Below, piece by piece: positions 56,686 to 64,000 of a stretch of DNA of 64,000 nucleotides (position 1 is its first letter; the number at the start of each line of letters is the position of its first letter). The notes below the pieces were generated by a model. The model made no database searches, was not told the DNA's origin, and saw only the letters and a program-made list of their open reading frames with translations. Origin of the DNA: an uncultured Anaerolineae bacterium (GTDB lineage Bacteria > Chloroflexota > Anaerolineae > JAADDB01); assembly GCA_964402285.1 (NCBI GenBank), contig CAYOAZ010000043.1, positions 40,524-104,523 of the forward strand, read 5' to 3'. Made by a program: the position numbers and the translations under genes.

Positions 56686-57099
56686 ATGGACGAACACAAC
56701 ACCAAATCCCGCCTAGTTCCAGAATCAAGTAAAGGACAGTCGAACCCAAGGGAAACCTCACCGCATTTTATGAACGCGGCAGAAGAGGCTTTTGCGCGCC
56801 TTCTGGACTTTTATGGCATTCCTTGGGAATATGAACCACGCACTTTTATCCTGCGGACAGACCCTAAGGGACATGTATTAGAGGCGTTTACCCCCGACTT
56901 CTACCTCCCAGAACAGGATCTGTACATCGAAATTACGACAATGAACCCACGGCAAATCCGCCAGAAGAACAGAAAAATCCGCTTACTTAAGGAACGCTAC
57001 CCCCACATTAACATCCGCCTGTTCCGTCGAAGGGACATTGCGTATATCTTCCAAAAATACGGAGATTCGCCACCTAGTGAACAGGATAAGGAGCCATGA
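56686..57099 (+). CDS. Small DUF559/Vsr-like (PD-(D/E)xK-fold endonuclease-like) protein
   Basis: 'GIPWEYEPRTF', 'PDFYLPEQDLYIEIT' and 'INIRLFRRRDI' resemble the DUF559/very-short-patch-repair endonuclease-like layout. The N-terminal 28 aa are low-complexity, so the start may be at 56770. The stop overlaps the hpt start (ATGA). Confidence 0.4.
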   Translation: MDEHNTKSRLVPESSKGQSNPRETSPHFMNAAEEAFARLLDFYGIPWEYEPRTFILRTDPKGHVLEAFTPDFYLPEQDLYIEITTMNPRQIRQKNRKIRLLKERYPHINIRLFRRRDIAYIFQKYGDSPPSEQDKEP

Positions 57100-57671
57100 A
57101 ATCTTACGCGGCAGGTACAGCCCAAGACCTGGTGCAAAGCGTTCAGCGTGTGCTCATTGATAAACGAACGCTGGCCCAGCGGATCCAAACGTTGGGGGCA
57201 CTTATTTCCCACGACTACGAGGAGAAACGACCTGTGCTGGTAGGCGTACTGAAAGGCGTTGTGCCCTTTATGGCCGATTTGTTGAGGGCCATTACCATCC
57301 CTGTTGAGGTAGATTTCCTCGCGATCTCAAGATATCGGCCGGGTCAGAAGGGACAAGTCAGAGTACTGAAGGATTTGGATATATGCATCAAAGGACGGCA
57401 CGTTTTATTTGTAGAAGATATTGTGGATACAGGGCTTACACTGCAATATTTGCTCAAATTGCTGCGAGCCCGAGAACCGGCCAGTTTAGAAGTGTGCACT
57501 TTGCTGAATAAAACATCGCGGAGGCTTATAGACATACCGTTGAAATATGTGGGATTTGAAGTGCCTGACTTCTACCTGATTGGGTACGGGCTCGATTACA
57601 GAGAACGCTTTAGGAACTTACCTATGGTGGGTATTGCTAAAGCGGAATTGATTCAACCCCACCGCTTATAA
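57096..57671 (+). CDS. hpt: Hypoxanthine-guanine phosphoribosyltransferase
   Basis: 'VLVGVLKGVVPFMADL', the PRPP-binding 'VLFVEDIVDTGLTL', and the C-terminal 'IGYGLDY'. Confidence 0.85.
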   Translation: MKSYAAGTAQDLVQSVQRVLIDKRTLAQRIQTLGALISHDYEEKRPVLVGVLKGVVPFMADLLRAITIPVEVDFLAISRYRPGQKGQVRVLKDLDICIKGRHVLFVEDIVDTGLTLQYLLKLLRAREPASLEVCTLLNKTSRRLIDIPLKYVGFEVPDFYLIGYGLDYRERFRNLPMVGIAKAELIQPHRL

Positions 57672-57933
57672 CCCCAAAAAGAAGAGGCTCCAAGGAACCT
57701 TCTGTCAGATCCACTCGCGCCATTCGCCCCTCAATAGGACTTGGCAGTGGACCACCATCGCCACAACAGCGACAGTGCGTTGCTGACGTCCAATTCCTCG
57801 GAGCGCTCTTCAAAGCAGCGATGAATTCATCGCTACTCCGTCTCCATTCTAATTCACAATTCCGTCATTGTCAATCCCTTCTTAATTCAGAAATCCTAAT
57901 AAACAAAGCCTGCAATTATAAGGGGCCGATATA

Positions 57934-60900
57934 TTAGTGAAGGGCACAACTGGGTAAGGTATAAATGGAAAGGGTACCACTTCCGTAATCAGTAATGTAC
58001 ATTCTATCCCCCACAATGAGGATACCTTGCCCACCATGAGCGCCGCCTTGATCTCCTATGGGAATGCTAGCCACCCAACGATTACGGCGCACATCAATGA
58101 TGTGAAGAGTGTTCGCAAAGGGATCAACAGCGTATAACCAATGACGGTTGGGAGAAAGGGCAAGCCCCACAGGTGAACCGGGCAAGCCAATATACCCGCG
58201 CACTCGACCTTCCACATCGCTGACAACCACAATCATGTGTTGATCCCGATTGCTTACATAAACCACTCCAGCGTCCTCATCTGGTGCGGCGAATACCGTT
58301 CCGGCCCCCACCCGTGTTATATAAACAACTTCTTGTCCTCCTCTGCTAAGGCGCACCATTTCATCACCAACCAACGGTACGTAAACACTGTGCCCCATAC
58401 GAGTCAACAGGGCCGGCTTATCTCCAACCAGGACCCTCCGCAGCAAATCTCCGGTGTTCGCATCGAACACCAACACAGTGTCACTACCATAGTTGCTCAC
58501 ATAAAGATGCCCATCCATACCGACAATTCCCCAGGGGAGCACATCGGTAGGCCACAGATCCAACAAACGCCCTGACGTTCTGTCGAAGACGGCTACCTGG
58601 CGAGAATCGCGATGCACCAGGTAGACCCGACGCGCATCAGCAAACACGGCATTGGCTCCCATCCCAGGACTGTCCCAGATAGCCTCACGTACCAGAGAGC
58701 GCGTGTCCACAACCGCCAAATCCGCGGTGTCCACAAGGCTCACATATACCTTATCTCCCCATGCAGCCAGATTAATGGGATGCTCTCCCACATACACACG
58801 CCCCACATAACGCGGAGGGCAAGCCGCACCAGTAGGATAAGGCGTTGGGGAGAACGTGGGTGTAGGCGTAGGAGCAAGGGTCGGAGTGGGTGAGGATGTA
58901 GGGGTTAATGTAGGCGTCCATGTTAATGTCCACGTGGGAGTTGGAGTGCGAGTAGGCGTAGGTGTAGGGGTGGGCGTCCGGGTTGGAGTCGGTGTAGGAG
59001 TCGGTGTAAGCGTGGGTGTGGGAGTCCAGGTGGGGGTGGGCGTGAGTGTAGGTGTGGGGGTTGGCGTCATGTAAGGAGCAACGTATCGAGCAGCAACAAA
59101 AGGAACACTCCGCCCTATAGCCTGAGCCCCACATAAATCATAATGCCAACCATAGGGAGCATCATCCCAGCCAGAGACCCGAAGATAGTACACACCAGAC
59201 CGGGCCGGCCGCCATCGCAGGAGCGACCAGGGTTCTCCTGGTACGGCATCATCATTTTTGACCAGAACCCGTCCATCAGAATCGTACAACGTTAGGATAG
59301 TGTTTCCTTCATCACCCAAATGAGTAGTGTAAAAGAGGTACACCTGCCCTGCGTTTAAGGTACAACGGAACCAATCCTGATCGCCTACATAATGATATGT
59401 GTGCCCACGGCTACATGCAGGGAGTACAAATTCTGTTGCTTGGGCCCGTGTGTCATCGGGCTCATAAGCATCCGGGAATATGACCTCAACACGAATTTCA
59501 GAACTTACATTGTTGGACACGTTAGGATCGGCAAAGAAGGGCGATAAGCGGGCATCAACGAAGAGGACCGGTGTATTCGGAGACAAGTGCGGACTCACTG
59601 CAGCCGTTACGGCAATCGTTCCGCCCTCCCCCACATTCAGTGGAGGCAGAAGCCACGTATATGGATCGCCGCCGACACGCGTTACACGGTCATCTGAAGC
59701 AGTGAAGTGTGTGTCAGAGAAGCCCTGCAAAGGTAATGCCAGATAAGCAGGTCCAGAGCGTCCGGGACCCGCGTTGGTGTAGCGAACCGTAAAGTAGATT
59801 AACGAACCTGGGAACACAGGCCGATTCACCTGGGCTTGCAAAGAAACTTGCAAATCCGCGGGGCGCAAATTTATGCGAAAAGATGCCTGATTATTCGTGA
59901 GGTTTTTATCCTCGCTGGTCGTTGAGACCTCTATTCCTACTCCAAGGTCTGTTGTAGGAGGAGGATCGTTTGCAGATGTCCGCAAGAGTACCCGAACATC
60001 CACGCCCGTGTTCGCGGGGAGTGTACCCAAAGCAATCGCAACGTGGGGCTGAAGAACAGGTGTAACCGGGGTCCCGTTCACCTGAGCGGAAACAAACTTG
60101 ACATTAGCCGGCAACGTTAAAGTTACTACGGATGAACGCGCGGGGAGCCCCCCCTCATTACGCACCAAAAGATGGACCTCAAAGGTGTCCCCCAAGTCTG
60201 TTATCTGTGTAGCAGGGCGTGCCTCAACCGACACATCGGCAACAGGCATAAGAATGTGCAACGCGGGGTCTCCCAAAATGCCGTAAGTGTCCAAGAGATC
60301 ATGGAAGAACCCACCAGCATCTCCCTCATAGAGAGTCAATTTACCCACCAGTGTGGCCTCTCCAAGAACACGTGTCCCCTGTTGAAATACTGCCCGATAA
60401 AATCCCCGATGCAAGTAGTCGTGACCATGGGCCACACCAAGCCCTGTAGCAGCCCAAGCCGCCACAGCCCCCTTGTGGGCAGCCCGCACCTCTGCCTCGC
60501 TCAAGGAATCATAACCGGCGGCGTGAAAGTAACCATCCAAACACGTCATAGCGAGTACAATAGGTGTGCGGTTGTCATTCTGTAATTGAGGCACCACCTG
60601 AGTACTGAACAGAACCTCAGCAGCCCACCAGGGAATAGTCGCATGTCCAACGTAGTTGAATAACAAAGCCCCCTTATCATATGCCTCTTTGATGGCCTGG
60701 CGGGTCTCAAGCACGTCCGTGTGAGTAACGCCCAAGTAAATTTTCTCCACCTCATAGGAAGAAGGCACTAAATGATCGGCCACCTGGTTAGCCAGTGCAG
60801 CAAAGTCACCCGCCTGGTCAGCATTGTCCGCCACAAACACAATGCGGCCGCTCCAATCACCAGCGGGAGGATTGGTCTCATATGTGATAATCTTATCGAC

Positions 60901-63219
60901 CATCTGCTCTGCTTCCGCGGAGGTATTTGCAGGAAGCCGCCCTATGTGCATGTCCGGAATGGGATCATCCCCGCTTATGGTCACATATCGATTGTCTGAC
61001 GCGGTTTCCCCCAAGAAGGGGTCTACCAGCCGTAACAGCGGCGGAATAACAGTCGGCGTATTCGTCCCCTCATAATTCTTGAAATCATACGTCCCATCCC
61101 CAAAGAGAAGGACGAACGCAGGCGCAGGACGTTGCCAATGTTCGTATGCGTACGCCAGGAAATCACGAATAGCTTCGGCGGACAATACCCCTCCATTAAA
61201 CTCATCATAAATGTCCTGGACATTCACCACCGCGACCGTATACCCCTGGGCCCGACGGTGCTCGGCAAGGCGTTGAGCCGCAGCCATAGTAATGTCGTGC
61301 GCGATAATAATGTAATCCGCCTGGTGTTCGGGGGTTCTCCATGCTGAGGGAGTATCTGCCTCAATACGAGTAGGCCGTACCATGCCGTTCAACGTACCGG
61401 CCCAAAAGGAGCGAATACCATCCAATGGAAGGGTCACAGACAGAGAGTACGTGCCATCATCGGCCTGGGATTCCTCACCTACCAGGCGTCGCGGGTGAAG
61501 TGGGTCGGTTACATCGAACAACCATATTGGTGTATTGTGAAAGCCAGTAATAGCAACCCGCACCGCGTGAGTCCGTCCGAGGGAAAATGCCAACACATCC
61601 TCATAAGCACGGAAGGCCCGGGGATAAGTAACTTCAAACCAATTCAAATATCCCACATCCTCGGGGGCCCCCGTATCTAACACATCCTCCAAACGGAATA
61701 CATTGCCCAGGGGGCGTAGCGTTGACGCGTCAAAGGTGAACGGCGTATCCCACGCGCGAATCCCGTCCCAGAATGCATCACCGATCCGAGATCCGTTCAC
61801 AAAGAACCGTACATGATGGTCAGGGTTTACAGCAAAATGCGAAGACACTCCCTGGACGACAGGTGTCAAAATAGCCGTTCCCTCCGCCACAAGACCTGGC
61901 AAAGCAAAACTCACTTCTCGACGAGAGCGGCTAGTCGGACGTCCTGCACTGTAGTACATCCAATACCAATGGTCGGCGCCTTCAACGCGAGGAACATCGC
62001 TGAGGTAAATGTGATTTTCCTCCATGTGTACCGTCGAAGAGAAGACCTCTACTGAAGGCACAGACGGGTCAGGGGGAGACGACACTGTTTCTATACGCAA
62101 TCCAGGAGTATTATCAACCCAGAGCCAATAAATATTCTCATCTGTATACCGCGTGCGCGTCTTGCGCCCATAAAACACCAGCGTATCCTCTTCATCGAAA
62201 TGACCATCCCCCCCATCGTTCACCCAAATAGCAATCTCTTGTTCCCGCTCACGGACGTGCAGGTAACGGGATTGGACATGGTTCACCGGAAAGCCGGCTG
62301 CCTTTAATTCCGCGCCCCGTACAAGGACAAACCCATCCCTATTAATGTGAATCTTGTACTGAGGCGTGTCGGACAAATAGGAAAGAGCAGGACGTGATTC
62401 GGTTGAGGGAGTAATGGGTGTACGCCAATGTTGGCTCTGAGCATAGTTAATAAGGGCTACGCGCAACACATTTTCAAATGCATCTCGAGGATCCGCGTGC
62501 ACCGTGGGTCCTATGGCCCCTGAAAAGTGCAGCACCACCTTAACCTTGTGAACAACTCGGAGAGACCGCCCGCGCGGTTCCACCTGAACTGGTGTAAATA
62601 CAACACGCGCATACCGCTGATTACGAATATACCCAATTTCCCCCAAGTGGGCACTGGATTGCGGATACCGTTTCCGTACCACGTCAAGAGGAACCGGAGG
62701 CCGGCTCCATTTGAGATGCTCCTTATAGCGCAAAGGGGTATCCACAGCCAGGTTATCACCCTCGTGAAATTGCGCATCCAAAACAGGGATGGGGGATGGT
62801 AAAACCGGTGCCGAGAGCGCCACAGAGGATACATCCTCTTCAAGGACATCCAATGTCACCCGAACACCTGGAGGAATAGCAACCAACACCGTTTTTTGGG
62901 GCAAATCTGGACGGCCAAAAACACGAAGACGGCCGAACTCAGGCAATTCAACACGCGTTCGGCGGCCATGCTGCGTGTGTACCACATCCACCACGGGATC
63001 AGGAATGCGTAACTCTAAGGCGACGCCCTGTTCATCAGAGCGGATGAGCACCACCTCAGGCGTCAGCGGAGATTCCGCGCCTGAAGTGTGGAGAGATGAA
63101 GATAAGGCACCTAGAAAAATGAGCACGAATACTAAACGCGCCCACCTCCCCCACCGTTGGTGGGGATGACAGTGCACTTGTAGGGTGTGTAAACATTGTT
63201 GGCTACGATGCAGGTTCAC
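57934..63219 (-). CDS. Giant (1761 aa) secreted multidomain peptidase: C25 (gingipain-like) cysteine-peptidase core, DUF11-type repeats, PPC (pre-peptidase C-terminal) domain, Pro/Thr linker and a C-terminal YVTN-type beta-propeller
   Basis: Signal/anchor near the N-terminus. The C25-like catalytic dyad context is '[10 protein letters not shown]' ... '[10 protein letters not shown]'. '[15 protein letters not shown]...GDQDWFRC...[10 protein letters not shown]' matches a PPC domain. A long (TPTPTL)n linker precedes a C-terminal repeat propeller ('[15 protein letters not shown]', '[15 protein letters not shown]', and so on). Confidence 0.6.
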   Translation of the reverse strand: MNLHRSQQCLHTLQVHCHPHQRWGRWARLVFVLIFLGALSSSLHTSGAESPLTPEVVLIRSDEQGVALELRIPDPVVDVVHTQHGRRTRVELPEFGRLRVFGRPDLPQKTVLVAIPPGVRVTLDVLEEDVSSVALSAPVLPSPIPVLDAQFHEGDNLAVDTPLRYKEHLKWSRPPVPLDVVRKRYPQSSAHLGEIGYIRNQRYARVVFTPVQVEPRGRSLRVVHKVKVVLHFSGAIGPTVHADPRDAFENVLRVALINYAQSQHWRTPITPSTESRPALSYLSDTPQYKIHINRDGFVLVRGAELKAAGFPVNHVQSRYLHVREREQEIAIWVNDGGDGHFDEEDTLVFYGRKTRTRYTDENIYWLWVDNTPGLRIETVSSPPDPSVPSVEVFSSTVHMEENHIYLSDVPRVEGADHWYWMYYSAGRPTSRSRREVSFALPGLVAEGTAILTPVVQGVSSHFAVNPDHHVRFFVNGSRIGDAFWDGIRAWDTPFTFDASTLRPLGNVFRLEDVLDTGAPEDVGYLNWFEVTYPRAFRAYEDVLAFSLGRTHAVRVAITGFHNTPIWLFDVTDPLHPRRLVGEESQADDGTYSLSVTLPLDGIRSFWAGTLNGMVRPTRIEADTPSAWRTPEHQADYIIIAHDITMAAAQRLAEHRRAQGYTVAVVNVQDIYDEFNGGVLSAEAIRDFLAYAYEHWQRPAPAFVLLFGDGTYDFKNYEGTNTPTVIPPLLRLVDPFLGETASDNRYVTISGDDPIPDMHIGRLPANTSAEAEQMVDKIITYETNPPAGDWSGRIVFVADNADQAGDFAALANQVADHLVPSSYEVEKIYLGVTHTDVLETRQAIKEAYDKGALLFNYVGHATIPWWAAEVLFSTQVVPQLQNDNRTPIVLAMTCLDGYFHAAGYDSLSEAEVRAAHKGAVAAWAATGLGVAHGHDYLHRGFYRAVFQQGTRVLGEATLVGKLTLYEGDAGGFFHDLLDTYGILGDPALHILMPVADVSVEARPATQITDLGDTFEVHLLVRNEGGLPARSSVVTLTLPANVKFVSAQVNGTPVTPVLQPHVAIALGTLPANTGVDVRVLLRTSANDPPPTTDLGVGIEVSTTSEDKNLTNNQASFRINLRPADLQVSLQAQVNRPVFPGSLIYFTVRYTNAGPGRSGPAYLALPLQGFSDTHFTASDDRVTRVGGDPYTWLLPPLNVGEGGTIAVTAAVSPHLSPNTPVLFVDARLSPFFADPNVSNNVSSEIRVEVIFPDAYEPDDTRAQATEFVLPACSRGHTYHYVGDQDWFRCTLNAGQVYLFYTTHLGDEGNTILTLYDSDGRVLVKNDDAVPGEPWSLLRWRPARSGVYYLRVSGWDDAPYGWHYDLCGAQAIGRSVPFVAARYVAPYMTPTPTPTLTPTPTWTPTPTLTPTPTPTPTRTPTPTPTPTRTPTPTWTLTWTPTLTPTSSPTPTLAPTPTPTFSPTPYPTGAACPPRYVGRVYVGEHPINLAAWGDKVYVSLVDTADLAVVDTRSLVREAIWDSPGMGANAVFADARRVYLVHRDSRQVAVFDRTSGRLLDLWPTDVLPWGIVGMDGHLYVSNYGSDTVLVFDANTGDLLRRVLVGDKPALLTRMGHSVYVPLVGDEMVRLSRGGQEVVYITRVGAGTVFAAPDEDAGVVYVSNRDQHMIVVVSDVEGRVRGYIGLPGSPVGLALSPNRHWLYAVDPFANTLHIIDVRRNRWVASIPIGDQGGAHGGQGILIVGDRMYITDYGSGTLSIYTLPSCALH

Positions 63220-63477
63220 CTATACGCGCTGCCCCCGTCCTTATTCAAGTTTTGATGTACCTTAAACTACTCGCCAATTAAGACGTCTGAAAAGGAGAAA
63301 CGTTACCCTTGATGTGTCCCACCGTCAGTGTAAGTGTAAAGGGAATACCGGCGTAGTGGTACTTTCGGTCTATTGCATCATGTACCCAAAACATTAAGAT
63401 GATATTGTGCAGTCTTTCATTGACCTGGACAAGGTGAGAGCAGTGGCTTGTCGCGCGCCTGGGGGGTAAAGACGATC

Positions 63478-64000
63478 ATGTACGGAAGCGATGCAGATTT
63501 TCAAGCACTTCTTCGCAAAATTCAACGAGAGCGCAAAGTGGACTTGACCCGGTACAAACCCTCCTTCATCCAGCGACGTATTGCTGCTCGCTTGCGGGCT
63601 CGGGGCGTGACCAGTTATCGTGCCTACATGTACCTACTGGATGAAGAAGAATACCTGCAACTTTTCGACACGTTGACCATTAACTACACATCCTTTTTCC
63701 GAGATACATCCACCTTTCAGGCCCTTAGAGATCAAATTCTTCGCCCCCTCATACGAGAACGGGAACAACGGGGCGTGCGCAGGCTGGTTATGTGGAGTGC
63801 AGGATGCGCGAGCGGCGAAGAAACGTACTCGTTAGCCATTCTTGTCAGTCAAGTGCTCGGATCGCGCCTTTCCCACTGGAACATCCGCATTTTGGGCACG
63901 GATATTGACGAAAACAAACTCGCCCAAGCCCGCGAGGGGATATATGGTCCCCTCAGTTTTCGAGGAACCAAGTGGCCCCACCTGGAACGTTATTTCCTCC
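63478..64000 (+). CDS. cheR: Chemotaxis protein methyltransferase CheR (N-terminal part; runs off the window)
   Basis: My own translation from the ATG at 63478: 'LTRYKPSFIQRRIAARLRARGVTSYRAYMYLL', 'LTINYTSFFRD' and 'MWSAGCASGEETYSLAILV' are CheR N-terminal and SAM-binding motifs. This ORF is absent from the supplied ORF track. Confidence 0.7.
   Translation, partial: MYGSDADFQALLRKIQRERKVDLTRYKPSFIQRRIAARLRARGVTSYRAYMYLLDEEEYLQLFDTLTINYTSFFRDTSTFQALRDQILRPLIREREQRGVRRLVMWSAGCASGEETYSLAILVSQVLGSRLSHWNIRILGTDIDENKLAQAREGIYGPLSFRGTKWPHLERYFL

Noticed and set aside
56287-56705. ORFs 56287-56610 (+) and 56442-56705 (-) in the gap upstream of the DUF559-like gene
   Set aside because: Arg/Ser-rich low-complexity translations with no Shine-Dalgarno, overlapping each other. 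I treated the region as non-coding leader or possible RNA.
56321-56769. Possible RNase P, tmRNA or SRP RNA in the long gap
   Set aside because: I looked for the GGAAAGTCCGG (RNase P P4), tmRNA tag/T-arm and SRP domain IV strings on both strands and found none. It remains only a candidate for an unknown ncRNA.

Overview
This 64 kb window is a high-GC, gene-dense stretch of bacterial chromosome. The gene content suggests a Chloroflexota-like (possibly thermophilic) organism: tungsten-type aldehyde:ferredoxin oxidoreductases, an F420-type LLM oxidoreductase, a VKOR-DsbA pair, and Pro/Thr-linker-rich secreted proteins. That placement is inference from gene content only. I see no rRNA, CRISPR array, transposase or integrase. 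One tRNA-Glu(CUC) is present at 27096-27168 and is followed by a hairpin terminator.

The window contains the following blocks:
1. A GT-C/PMT-like membrane glycosyltransferase fused to an NHL beta-propeller (450-3518).
2. A Pro/Thr-rich membrane-anchored protein transcribed divergently from a stand-alone hydrogenase maturation protease.
3. mtnP, followed by two divergently transcribed tungsten AOR paralogs and a cytoplasmic GAF-GAF histidine kinase.
4. An approximately 14 kb co-directional minus-strand gene string (26929 down to 12741) with very tight gene junctions. It encodes an AI-2E transporter, an F420-LLM, a Zn-ADH, an SDR, a LarA-like protein, a GH-A hydrolase fused to an O-antigen-ligase-like membrane domain, three GT4 glycosyltransferases (two are tandem paralogs), and a UspA-UspA-GpgS (GT81) fusion. 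This is a candidate glucosylglycerate-primed glycan pathway.
5. hflX, nfi, and an operon of three unassignable polytopic membrane proteins plus a class A PBP and a patatin.
6. An M48 peptidase, formiminotransferase and NYN unit, a YabN-like MazG, and SDRs.
7. A second large PMT/ArnT-like membrane protein.
8. An MtaD-type amidohydrolase fused to a CYTH domain, preceded by a small acidic DUF1540-like gene.
9. VKOR-DsbA, fabF, acylphosphatase, an AcsE-like pterin methyltransferase, and a TtuB/TtuA-like sulfur-carrier and thiolase pair.
10. A sulfotransferase, a promoter-bearing noncoding gap with a DUF559/Vsr-like small gene, and hpt.
11. A 1761-aa secreted C25-(gingipain)-like multidomain peptidase, and the start of cheR.

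The most unusual items are the domain fusions (UspA-GpgS, GH-ligase, MtaD-CYTH, GT-C-NHL), the LarA-like gene start-stop coupled to the glycan membrane enzyme, and the three-membrane-protein plus PBP operon.

All calls come from reading the translated ORFs and the DNA by eye. No database search was possible.
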